Positions 19,981-31,326 of a stretch of DNA of 64,000 nucleotides are shown here, in pieces. Each line of letters starts with the position of its first letter. Within the stretch, counting starts at the first letter, position 1. Location: positions 98,753-162,752 of the forward strand of contig SVJE01000006.1 of NCBI GenBank assembly GCA_015069135.1, given 5' to 3'. Position numbers and translations under genes: made by a program. Below the pieces are notes generated by a model that made no database searches, was not told where the DNA came from, and saw only the letters and a program-made list of their open reading frames with translations. This DNA is from Oscillospiraceae bacterium. GTDB taxonomy: Bacteria; Bacillota; Clostridia; UBA1212; SIG427.

Positions 19981-20517
19981 ATGATTGAAAATTTAAAAAA
20001 ACTAAGTTCCTGTAGAGTGTGTCCTTTATTTGATGATGTTTTTAGAAAACGGTTTTCTATGATTAAGGAAAACAAAAAAAAACAGATTGATGAACAATTA
20101 GTCTTACAATGCTGTATGTTGAAGACTTTGATAATTTTTGAGAATAATTATGTGGTTTCTTCCCTTGAAAAAACAGAGTTTAAAAGTTTGGTTGACTATG
20201 TAATAGGTAATCTCGATAAACAAATCAAACTGGAGGACCTCTATAAAAAATTCTTTATTAATACACAGGCAATTGAAAAGATGTTTAATAAGTATCTGAA
20301 TACTACATATAAGCAGTATGTGAAAGAGCAACGTTTTGTTTTATCTAAGAGAGCTTTATTGTTTACAGATATGTCAGTTAAAGAGATTGCCAGTAAAGTA
20401 GGTTATTCATCTACACAAAGTTTTTCAAAATTTTTTAAAAATATGAGTGGTACAACGCCTCTTTCTTTTAGATATGCCATTATTGATAATGAAGATGGTT
20501 CCGAAAGAACTTTATAG
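19981..20517 (+). CDS. Short AraC-family protein (DNA-binding domain, little sensor domain)
   Basis: GNLDKQIKLEDLYKKFFIN...GYSSTQSFSKFFKNMSGTTP closely matches the C-terminus of 18035-18952; ggagg RBS. Confidence 0.75.
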   Translation: MIENLKKLSSCRVCPLFDDVFRKRFSMIKENKKKQIDEQLVLQCCMLKTLIIFENNYVVSSLEKTEFKSLVDYVIGNLDKQIKLEDLYKKFFINTQAIEKMFNKYLNTTYKQYVKEQRFVLSKRALLFTDMSVKEIASKVGYSSTQSFSKFFKNMSGTTPLSFRYAIIDNEDGSERTL

Positions 20518-20743
20518 TTTCCATTTATAATGGTTATTCTTGTTTTTATTGATTCAGAATTTTATCAATGTTATCTTGTAACCACAACTTAAGAAGTTAA
20601 TGTTTTAGTACATCGGTGGGTCGTGTATTAAAAAGTAACGGACAATATGGTTTCTAATAAAATTGGCTTGAAAAAGAGTCAAATGGCGAAGCTTTGTCTT
20701 TTACGGATTCTTAAGTATATAAACACAATAAGGAGGAATAAAC

Positions 20744-22674
<1,931 letters not shown>

Positions 22675-22707
22675 ATAATAAGTTTTAATTTTTTATTTAT
22701 ACTATAA

Positions 22708-22765
22708 TAAAATAGCTTTGCCAAATTTTTCAGAAGCTTTTAGCAATTGGTAAAGCTGTTTTATT
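22708..22765 (+). terminator. Hairpin after groEL
   Basis: aatagctttgccaa ... ttggtaaagctgtt followed by T-rich sequence. Confidence 0.55.
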
Positions 22766-22805
22766 CTTGTTTTTAGAAAGTTAAATAATTTTTTAGTAAG
22801 CAAAA

Positions 22806-23660
22806 ATGACAATTAAAATCGCAATTAATAGCTTAGAATGGAATATTAAAATTTTTTTACCAGATAAAAAGAGTTTAAGTTTTTTTTGTAATGTGTTTTC
22901 CTGTTATGATCTCTCTTTTTCAAGTGATAAAGACAATGCGGATTGCATAGTTGAATTATGCAATGACCCAATGAAGTATAATTTAAAGTTTACAAAAAAT
23001 AATACTTATTTTGAAAAAAGAAGTATAGAGGAGATTTACGTCGCAATTTGTGTATATTTATTTAATTTAAAAAACTATTATAACGAAAATTGCTGGATTT
23101 TACATGGAGCTGCATTTATCTATAAAAAACAAACCTGTTTAATTATTGGTCCCACTCATTCAGGCAAGTCTACATTAATTACACAATTGATATCACAGAA
23201 AGGTGTAAAGTATATTACAGATGATTCTATTGTATTTGATAAAAAAACACTTAGTATTATTCCTTTTCCAAAGCCAATAAATTTAAGAGATGTCGATTGT
23301 GTATATGATTTTATTAATCATAATCATATTTACAAGGCTAATAATAAACTATTAAAAACATATGTGTATAATCCTACTAATGCAATTTTTTTGGACAAAA
23401 TTAATTGCATTAATATAAATATTTTTGTATTAAACAGAAAAAAAGAAATTAGAAATATTTCTATACAAGATATAGGTAATGTAGAACAATTTTTAGAAAT
23501 ATTATTAAATTCATTTCGAACGCAATTCTCTGAAAATTACAATATTGCAAGTAAACTTTTAAATCAAACGCAAAGTATGTTTAAAGTGAATTATAGAAAT
23601 AAAACTGAAGCTCTCGAACTTGTTTTTTCAAAGTTAGATACTACAGGTCTTAGACAATAG
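22806..23660 (+). CDS. HPr-kinase-like P-loop kinase (RiPP-associated type)
   Basis: ILHGAA, IIGPTHSGKSTL (Walker A) and YITDDS; directly upstream of the precursor. Confidence 0.75.
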   Translation: MTIKIAINSLEWNIKIFLPDKKSLSFFCNVFSCYDLSFSSDKDNADCIVELCNDPMKYNLKFTKNNTYFEKRSIEEIYVAICVYLFNLKNYYNENCWILHGAAFIYKKQTCLIIGPTHSGKSTLITQLISQKGVKYITDDSIVFDKKTLSIIPFPKPINLRDVDCVYDFINHNHIYKANNKLLKTYVYNPTNAIFLDKINCININIFVLNRKKEIRNISIQDIGNVEQFLEILLNSFRTQFSENYNIASKLLNQTQSMFKVNYRNKTEALELVFSKLDTTGLRQ

Positions 23661-23698
23661 ATATAAATTAATTATTGTACAGAAAGGAGGTGATTACA

Positions 23699-23884
23699 AT
23701 GAAATACAGTAAACCGCAAATCAAAATAATGTCAGAACATGAAATTGAAGAAAGTGTAAAAGTTATGGCTAATTCATCATTTGAAGCGGGTGGGTGTTTA
23801 ACATACGGACTCTATTCACAATGGCATTATAATTGTGATACAGGGGCCGTGGCCAATTACGATTTCTATGCCGATTTTGGTTAA
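23699..23884 (+). CDS. RiPP precursor peptide candidate 1 (61 aa)
   Basis: AAAGGAGGTG RBS then ATG 23699. MKYSKPQIKIMSEHEIEESVKVMA-NSSFEAGGCLTYGLYSQWHYNCDTGAVANYDFYADFG: YxxP leader motif, acidic leader, aromatic/Cys-rich core, next to a PqqD gene. Confidence 0.85.
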   Translation: MKYSKPQIKIMSEHEIEESVKVMANSSFEAGGCLTYGLYSQWHYNCDTGAVANYDFYADFG

Positions 23885-24131
23885 AATATAACCTGAAAAT
23901 TATACTTTGGCCTGTAGTATATTTGTTTATGTTAAGATTATAAACAAAATGATAAAAAAACAATTGTTAAATATTTTAAATGAGGAATATTGTTAAAGTT
24001 AACTTCAATGTTAGGGAAGCGGCCTTTATATGAAGCAACCAAACTCAGTTTAACAAACCTGTTAAATAAATTCATTTAAGTTATACAGATACATTTATGT
24101 ATCTATATAACATTATACGAGGAGATGTGTA

Positions 24132-24413
24132 ATGTATTATATAAAAAACAATGATTTGAATGTAGAAACATTTGAAGATGGAACAGTATTATATGATTCT
24201 GAAAAAAAAGAACTTTATTTACTAAACGAAACTGCCTCTTTTTTATGGAAAAATTGTGAAAACAATAACAAAGAAAAACTTATTAATTGCTTTTTGCTAG
24301 CATTAGAACATGAAGCAGATGCTCCTTCTTCTCATATCATAAAAGAAGAATGTAGTACCCTTATTGATATTCTAGTAAAAAAGGGAATAATTTATGAAAG
24401 GTATATAAACTGA
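24132..24413 (+). CDS. PqqD-family RiPP recognition element (RRE)
   Basis: 93 aa; VLYDSEKKELYLLNETASFLW ... LVKKGII, typical of stand-alone PqqD proteins. Confidence 0.85.
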   Translation: MYYIKNNDLNVETFEDGTVLYDSEKKELYLLNETASFLWKNCENNNKEKLINCFLLALEHEADAPSSHIIKEECSTLIDILVKKGIIYERYIN

Positions 24414-24415
24414 TT

Positions 24416-25465
24416 ATGTATAAAAATTTTATAATCAAGGGATGTTATATAGAATTGACAACAAGATGCAATTTGTCCTGCGTTCATTGTTATAATAATT
24501 CTGGTAAAGAAAATTTCCACTTGACTTTTGATAATTTAATTGGTGTATTAGATTTGTTATTAAAACATGAAGTTAAAAAAATTACGTTGTCAGGTGGAGA
24601 ACCATTTTTATATGAAAGAATATACGATTTATTAAAATATATATCTCAAAAAAACTTTTTAGTAACCTTTGCTACTAATGCTACATTAATTAATAAAAAA
24701 AATATAGAATTTATTTCTTCTCTTAAAAATAAAGAAAATATTGTTTTTCAAGTTAGTTTAGAAGGTGCAACCCCCGATACAAATGATGTAATACGGGGAA
24801 CAAATAGTTTTTCAAAAGTTATTAAAACTATTGATTTGTTAAAATGTTATAATTTAAAGTACTACTTTAGAGTGTCAATTTCCCCATTTAATTCTAATGA
24901 TATTGAAAAAATTGTTGAATTTGCAATAAAAAGAAAAACAAAGCATTTGGACTTTTCGTTTGTTTTACCATATGGCAGAGCAAGGGATAAAGCTTTATTT
25001 TTAAATGATGAACAAAAGGTTGAAGTGTTAACAAATATCATTGATTTACACAAAAAGTATAAAAAAGATATTAATGTTTTAATACCACACTTTGAACGAC
25101 AAGGTTGTCCAATTTTTGGCGAACGAAAAGAGGCTGTTGTTATTCCAAGGATTGATGCAAAAGGAAATGTTTTTCCGTGTCAACTTATGAATTTGGCAGA
25201 GTATTCTATAGGGAATATTTATAATGATAATTTGTTTGATTTACTAAAATCAGACAAATTAATAGATATAGATAATTTTATTAAATACAAAAATAAATAT
25301 AACTCTGAGTGTAAAAAATGTTATGCTTTTTCTATATGCAAATATGGCTGTCCAGCTGTAAGTGTTGGAAATAATTTGATCTCAAGCGGAGATGGTTTTT
25401 GCGAATATAGAAAAAAGGTATTTAAAGATATTTTAAATAAAAAGGTGTTTTGTGAAAAAAGTTGA
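24416..25465 (+). CDS. Radical SAM / SPASM peptide maturase
   Basis: CNLSCVHC (CxxxCxxC), SGGEP, then GCP...IDAKGNVFPC...IGNI...CKKCYAFSICKYGCP...C. Confidence 0.92.
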   Translation: MYKNFIIKGCYIELTTRCNLSCVHCYNNSGKENFHLTFDNLIGVLDLLLKHEVKKITLSGGEPFLYERIYDLLKYISQKNFLVTFATNATLINKKNIEFISSLKNKENIVFQVSLEGATPDTNDVIRGTNSFSKVIKTIDLLKCYNLKYYFRVSISPFNSNDIEKIVEFAIKRKTKHLDFSFVLPYGRARDKALFLNDEQKVEVLTNIIDLHKKYKKDINVLIPHFERQGCPIFGERKEAVVIPRIDAKGNVFPCQLMNLAEYSIGNIYNDNLFDLLKSDKLIDIDNFIKYKNKYNSECKKCYAFSICKYGCPAVSVGNNLISSGDGFCEYRKKVFKDILNKKVFCEKS

Positions 25466-27080
25466 TTTTGCTGATTATAATAGAAAAGATGATTTTCCGT
25501 CAAATACTGTAAAACGTATAAAAGAAATATTAGATAAAAAGAATATAAGTACAGTGATAACAAATTTACTTTCCTACGAAAAAGCTTGGTACTCGGTTCG
25601 AGTAGAACTTTTAGGAATAGATAATATAGGAGTTAACGGAAAAGGTATTACAAAGGAATACGCTTTGGCTAGTGCATATGCAGAATTAATGGAAAGGTTG
25701 CAAGCTGGATATTTAATCAAGCCTTATAATAAACAAGTAAAGCAGTTACTATATAAGCATACTTATATTGATTTTTTTTCGGGAGAAAAATTTAGGCTTG
25801 AAAATAATTTACTTGAAACTTCATGTGGTTCAAATGGACTTGCTGCTGGAAATACAAAAAAAGAAGCCATAGTACAGGCTTTGTGTGAGACTTTAGAACG
25901 TAAAGCAATAAAGGAAATATTTTTTTGTGAAAATTTTAATTGTGGACATTTTCCGATAAGTTATTTTGAAAATAATAAATGCTATATACTTTTAAAATAT
26001 ATTTTAGATAAAGGGTATAATCTCCTTGTTTTTGATTGTACATCTGGTGGCAAGATGCCCGTATTAGGGGTTATGATATGTGATGCAAATCAAAATAAAT
26101 ATATTTGTAAAATTGCCAGTGATATCAATATTGATATTTGTATTCAAAGATGTATTACTGAGATTTTTCAAGGTAAAAGATTTGATATAATTTTTAATAA
26201 CTGTCTAAAAAATAAATATGATAATAATATATTAATCTATAATAATGATTTTTATAAAAGTTATGAATATATAAGATTTGTAATTGATGGAAGTGGTTTT
26301 TTTCCTCCTAATGTATTAGAAAATATATTTAACAAGGAATCTTCGATATCTAATCTTAATGTTTTTTGTAATAAAAAACTTAATAATGCACAGGCGTTAA
26401 GTAAAATAAGCGTCATAGTTAAAAAATTTAGCAATAGACTCTTTATCAAAGATTACTCTATATTAGGTTTTCCTACGTATCGAATATATATACCAAATTT
26501 TAGTGAAGCATTTTTATTGCCAGGAGATACTCCTCAAAAATATATTGAAATAATAAAAGGTATACAAAAATGTGTATTTACAAACTCGCAGAGTGTTTCA
26601 AATTATACCGTTTCAAATTTATTAAAGTTTTTATATCAGGTAAACAATTTTCCGACTTTAATATATAATTTTGATTTAGCGAGAATATGTGGAATAGAAA
26701 TAACATTTAGTGCATTTCGTGATATTGATTTACTTATTGCTTTATGTCACTTATATTTAAATAATAGGTATGAGGCATTTGCGTATGTAAACAAATATTA
26801 TTTACATATACAACATCATCATGCACATATTTTTTTTAATTTATTACAATCCATGAAAAATAATAATTTTAATCAATATTTAGAATATATAAAGTTTAAC
26901 TGTAAAGATGAAAAAATTTTATTTTTTATAAATTATATTGAAATGATATGCAATAAAAAAATGGGTATATTTAATTGCGATATAAAAAATTGTAAAACCT
27001 GTTTTTTTGAAAAAAGATGTAATCATATAAAAGCTCAAAAAACTATCAACCAATTATTCGAAAGTACAGAGAATTATTAA
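25452..27080 (+). CDS. YcaO-like protein
   Basis: NGKGITKEYALASAYAELMERLQ and SNGLAAGNTKKEAIVQALCETLER ATP/Mg-binding motifs; GFPTYRIYIP. Confidence 0.88.
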   Translation: MKKVDFADYNRKDDFPSNTVKRIKEILDKKNISTVITNLLSYEKAWYSVRVELLGIDNIGVNGKGITKEYALASAYAELMERLQAGYLIKPYNKQVKQLLYKHTYIDFFSGEKFRLENNLLETSCGSNGLAAGNTKKEAIVQALCETLERKAIKEIFFCENFNCGHFPISYFENNKCYILLKYILDKGYNLLVFDCTSGGKMPVLGVMICDANQNKYICKIASDINIDICIQRCITEIFQGKRFDIIFNNCLKNKYDNNILIYNNDFYKSYEYIRFVIDGSGFFPPNVLENIFNKESSISNLNVFCNKKLNNAQALSKISVIVKKFSNRLFIKDYSILGFPTYRIYIPNFSEAFLLPGDTPQKYIEIIKGIQKCVFTNSQSVSNYTVSNLLKFLYQVNNFPTLIYNFDLARICGIEITFSAFRDIDLLIALCHLYLNNRYEAFAYVNKYYLHIQHHHAHIFFNLLQSMKNNNFNQYLEYIKFNCKDEKILFFINYIEMICNKKMGIFNCDIKNCKTCFFEKRCNHIKAQKTINQLFESTENY

Positions 27081-27541
27081 TGACAAATATTGAATATAAA
27101 ATATTATTAACAAAAATAAAGACTCTTGGAAGGTATCAGATATATGTATCGGGAATGAGCATGTTTCCGTGTTTGTTGCCAAATGATTTGATAACAATAG
27201 AGTCACAAGATGAATATAATATTGGAAATGTTGTTGTTTTTTTATATAAGCATGGAGAGATATTGGTCCATAGAATTGTTAAAAAAAATAATTACACTAT
27301 TTTTTGCAAAGGTGACAATTCGTTTCGATTGGAAGATATACAAGAGTCACAAATTGTTGGAAAAGTAATATCTTATTGTAGAAATGGTTTGAATTGTCTG
27401 ATTAAAGCTGCTGACGAAGAATTTATTAATATGTCATATAGAGTTGGTCAGGAGTTTAGAAAAGTTGGGTATGATAAAGAGAAACTAATGTTGACAAAAA
27501 ACTATATCAAATATTATTATAGATATATAAAAATAGATTAA
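27080..27541 (+). CDS. S24/S26-family peptidase
   Basis: SGMSMFP (Ser), LVHRIV (His) and KGDN motifs; TAATG overlap with the YcaO stop codon. Confidence 0.82.
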   Translation: MTNIEYKILLTKIKTLGRYQIYVSGMSMFPCLLPNDLITIESQDEYNIGNVVVFLYKHGEILVHRIVKKNNYTIFCKGDNSFRLEDIQESQIVGKVISYCRNGLNCLIKAADEEFINMSYRVGQEFRKVGYDKEKLMLTKNYIKYYYRYIKID

Positions 27542-27574
27542 GCCATATACAATGGTTTTGATAAGGAGTTAACT

Positions 27575-28231
27575 ATGTTGGAATTTGCGATGTGGGTAAT
27601 AGGTATAATTGCTTTCTTGGTGTGGGGTATTCCTGTAATTAAATTTATTATCAAGCGTTTATGGTTTGCTTTTCGTCTGTTTTTGAAGTCTACATTTTGT
27701 AAAGGTTTTGAATATTGCTATAAAAATCCATTTTCTGTTTTTTCTTTACGAAGAGGCAGGAATTCTGATGTATTGGTTTATTATGGTGGAACCATATATA
27801 TTATAAAACTGTGCGGTGTGTTTAGAAAATTTACTGATATCATTGTACATGATAATGATTTCTGGCAGATTGATACATATATTGGCACGGGATATTTGTT
27901 CAGAGGCACTAAAAATACAGACACAGAGAAGGTTTTGTTTAATTTACCCAGAGAAAAAGAATCGTTTGAAAGTAATATATGGAATATTAGCGGAATTAGT
28001 CAGATAAATACAATGCTATTGTTGTTGCCAAAACCAAAAGCTTTTGGAGTTCATGTAGAGACTTACAATGAATGGTTGTGTAGCGGTAATTTATGTGGTG
28101 GGAATATTGTAGGAACCACAAGATATTTTTGGAGAACACTTAGAGAGCTTAAAGAAGAATCGGAAAACTTCATGTATGTTGACGAAAAGCAATGGGAGTT
28201 AATTAAAAAGGAGTATAAAAAAGCTAAATGA
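27575..28231 (+). CDS. Hypothetical protein with N-terminal membrane anchor
   Basis: aaggag RBS; hydrophobic N-terminus; overlaps the next gene. Confidence 0.6.
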   Translation: MLEFAMWVIGIIAFLVWGIPVIKFIIKRLWFAFRLFLKSTFCKGFEYCYKNPFSVFSLRRGRNSDVLVYYGGTIYIIKLCGVFRKFTDIIVHDNDFWQIDTYIGTGYLFRGTKNTDTEKVLFNLPREKESFESNIWNISGISQINTMLLLLPKPKAFGVHVETYNEWLCSGNLCGGNIVGTTRYFWRTLRELKEESENFMYVDEKQWELIKKEYKKAK

Positions 28232-29733
28232 AACTAAGTTTGTTTTCACGAGAATATGTTCATACTGATTTACAATATGAAGACAACCTGAAAATGCGAG
28301 CTTTTTTTGAGCACTTTTATTCCAAAGAAACAAGTAAACTTCTTTTGGATTTTTGTTCTGTATATTGCGATAAGAAAGAACTTGTAAAGCGACAGAGCTT
28401 TTTTCGAGAGATAACAGAGAAAACTAAATGTAGGGAATTTTTAAAAAGTATAAGAAGCTTTTATCGTGATGTAGAAAATGCTGTTTTGATTTACAAAAAA
28501 AAGACGGATTTGCCTGACAAAGATATTTGGGGCATAAATCTCCTTAATCAATATGCTAAGTTTGTAAAATCAGTTATTGAAATTAAGAGTGGCTCAGGTT
28601 TGGAATTTTGCTCGGAGATATTAAAGTCGTTCTATTGTAAGATAGAAAACTTTTATGTTTCAGAAGGTTTTTACGATTTATGTAAAAGTTTGGATGATGT
28701 TGAATTAAAGCTTTCGGAAATAAGGCAAATGAATATTTATGGTGATTATATTAATGCCCTTATTTCTTCCTATGGCTTGAAATCCGGAGTCCAAGAAAAT
28801 ATCTATGAGACAATAGCTTTATATCTATCCGATTTGGGTTTAGAATCTCCTAAAAAAACGAATGTTTCTAATGCCAGGGATATGGATTTATATGAAAAAT
28901 ATATTAGTTATATTGTATCAAAAACACCGGCTGTTTCAGAAGTACTAAGAAAAGTCAATGATAAATTTTCAGAATTAATACAGTCAATAGAATTGATAGA
29001 AATTACAGATATAAAGACTTCTTTAGCATGTTGTGAATTGTATGATATGTTAGTAAAAAATAAAATTCACTTGTGTTATCCATTGATTTCTGAAGATGGT
29101 AGTTTTTCTGTGAAAGATGCAAGTGATATAACATTACTGATGCAAAAAGATAATATAATTACTAACAGTATGGATCTTTCGAAAAGTGAGCAGGTATCTT
29201 TTATTTCTGGTGCTAATGGTGGTGGAAAAACTTCGTTTGTAAGAGCTTTAGGTATTTGTAATGTGATGTTCTCCTGTGGTTTATTTGTTCCGGCGATTTC
29301 AGGAAAATTTTCCATATGTGATAACATTTTTACAGTGTTTCCCCATAAAGAGCTGATATATCAAGAAGGGCGTTTTGTTGCTGAAAAAGGTTTTGTTGAA
29401 AAAGTGATGTCTGAAGCAACTCCTAACAGCTTGGTTTTGACTAATGAACTGTTTTCCAGTACAAATGAGTCAAAAGGCTGTAAGCATTATGAGCTTATTG
29501 TGTCGGGATTGCAAGAAAAAGGGGTTCGCTCATTTTTAGTTACACATTTTACAGATGTAATAGAGATTTTTGCTTCAAAAAATTATCCATGCTTTTCTTG
29601 TGTAATGGAGAATGATGTTGTAACTTTTAAAATTGAAAGAACCGGAAAACATTCTTCTTCTGTAAATATCATATTAGAAAAATATAGTTTAAGAAAACAT
29701 CAGTTGAAAGAGAGGTTAGAGTTAAATGATTGA
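28228..29733 (+). CDS. MutS-related ATPase-domain protein A
   Basis: ISGANGGGKTSFVRALG, GLFVPA, LVLTNELFSSTN and FLVTHF (MutS domain V); no mismatch-binding domain recognised. Confidence 0.75.
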   Translation: MKLSLFSREYVHTDLQYEDNLKMRAFFEHFYSKETSKLLLDFCSVYCDKKELVKRQSFFREITEKTKCREFLKSIRSFYRDVENAVLIYKKKTDLPDKDIWGINLLNQYAKFVKSVIEIKSGSGLEFCSEILKSFYCKIENFYVSEGFYDLCKSLDDVELKLSEIRQMNIYGDYINALISSYGLKSGVQENIYETIALYLSDLGLESPKKTNVSNARDMDLYEKYISYIVSKTPAVSEVLRKVNDKFSELIQSIELIEITDIKTSLACCELYDMLVKNKIHLCYPLISEDGSFSVKDASDITLLMQKDNIITNSMDLSKSEQVSFISGANGGGKTSFVRALGICNVMFSCGLFVPAISGKFSICDNIFTVFPHKELIYQEGRFVAEKGFVEKVMSEATPNSLVLTNELFSSTNESKGCKHYELIVSGLQEKGVRSFLVTHFTDVIEIFASKNYPCFSCVMENDVVTFKIERTGKHSSSVNIILEKYSLRKHQLKERLELND

Positions 29734-31075
29734 TAAGAATACAGTTTCTAACCTTAATTTGACCGATATAACAAGAGTGTTTTGTATTAATGAAAAACAG
29801 TGTGGATATGTTGTCGAAGTCTTATCTTCCATAGAAAAATCACCTGAGATAATTAGAAAAAAACAGGAAATTGTAAAGGATTTTGTAAATAATCCTGATT
29901 TTTTTCTTGATTGTAAAAATGTGTTGGCACAGTTTGAAGGGGTTATTTCTGAACGGAAAACAGTAAAGCGACTATCTTTTCAACCTCGTAGCATATATGA
30001 AGCTAATCAAAGAAAGAAAACCAGAACAACATTTGGTAATCTTTCTGATATATCAAAAATGTTGCTTAAATATATTCGATTGTATGTTAATATGAGCAAT
30101 TTGTTTAATAAATACAATTTTAAGTCTGAATATATGACAGACCTTAAAGAGTATTTTGTTAACTTTGCTACTAAAGAAAGTTTTCAGAAGTTTGGAAATG
30201 TTATAAATCAGCTTTCTAATATAGAAGTTGAAAATAGTAACATTTGTATGAATGTTCTTCTTGATAAAGAAATCGGCAAAATACATGTTTTCTTTGTTTC
30301 TGTTAATGGGGAAAAACAAAGTCCTGGGATAGAATTTGTCAATCAGACAGATACAGAAATTATTACAAGACTTACAGGGGTTGCTGTTAAAGATTTATGC
30401 GATTATCTTAATGATATTGTTGAAATCATGGAAGATAAACTGTTAAGTTTTTATGATGAGCTTATGTTTTATAGATTTGCCATCAGATACATCGAGGAGC
30501 TAAAGGAAAGAGGTTTACCGATTTCATATCCTGATATTGCTGATGAAAATGACAAAATTCATTTTAATGAACTTTATAGTATAGAGTTAATAGCAAAAAA
30601 TCTTACTAAAATAGTGCCACATGATATAGAACTTTCGCGCTTCACTGTTTTGCATGGAGACAATAATACCGGAAAGACATGCTATGTAAGAAGTGTTGCT
30701 TTGGCATATATTTTTGCCCAGGCGGGTCTTCCTTTACCAGCCATATCAGGTGTGATTTCTCCAGTAACAAATATACTTTCTCAGTTTGCCGTAGGAGAGA
30801 AGAATTTGGGACGATTTGAGGAAGAAGTAAGTGAAGTAAGTGAAATTGTAGATAAAGTAAACTCTAAAACATTGATTATTTTCAATGAAACATTTCAAAG
30901 CACGGTTTATGAAGAGATTGCTCAACCTTATATGGATATACTTGAAGGTATTGTATCAGCAGGAGGGCATGCATTGGTTGTTTCACATAATGAAATGTTT
31001 ATTGAGCTTTGTACGAAAAAAACAGATGTGACATTGTTAAAAATGGATAATGAACATAAGATAATAAATAGTTAA
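29726..31075 (+). CDS. MutS-related ATPase-domain protein B
   Basis: LHGDNNTGKTCYVRSVALAYIFAQAGLPLPA, GRFEEE, IIFNETFQST and VVSHN motifs. Confidence 0.75.
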   Translation: MIDKNTVSNLNLTDITRVFCINEKQCGYVVEVLSSIEKSPEIIRKKQEIVKDFVNNPDFFLDCKNVLAQFEGVISERKTVKRLSFQPRSIYEANQRKKTRTTFGNLSDISKMLLKYIRLYVNMSNLFNKYNFKSEYMTDLKEYFVNFATKESFQKFGNVINQLSNIEVENSNICMNVLLDKEIGKIHVFFVSVNGEKQSPGIEFVNQTDTEIITRLTGVAVKDLCDYLNDIVEIMEDKLLSFYDELMFYRFAIRYIEELKERGLPISYPDIADENDKIHFNELYSIELIAKNLTKIVPHDIELSRFTVLHGDNNTGKTCYVRSVALAYIFAQAGLPLPAISGVISPVTNILSQFAVGEKNLGRFEEEVSEVSEIVDKVNSKTLIIFNETFQSTVYEEIAQPYMDILEGIVSAGGHALVVSHNEMFIELCTKKTDVTLLKMDNEHKIINS

Positions 31076-31326
31076 AAATATATGAGCTCTTTTTATAAAT
31101 GAACCGTTCAATTGCTTTTAGCAATATAGATTTTGAAGAAATAGAATAAAAAGAGATTAAAAACTAAGTGCTAACATATAAGATGTTTTACTATATTAAG
31201 GAAGTCAATTAGGTATTAATACTTTTGTTTATATTTGTAACATAAAACTAGATGTGAAAATTTTTTTGTTCCACCTTAAATTAAGAGAAATCCTAAATAA
31301 GACCAATATGACATAATAAGTTATTA

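Noticed and set aside
23675-23698. TTG start for precursor 1 given by the track
   Set aside because: The SD AAAGGAGGTG lies inside this extension and points to ATG 23699.
23699-27541. Lasso peptide cluster
   Set aside because: No lasso cyclase or transglutaminase-like B2 in the window. The obvious T(-2) register (T-Y|G-L-Y...) puts the first Asp at position 11, outside the 7-9 ring range.
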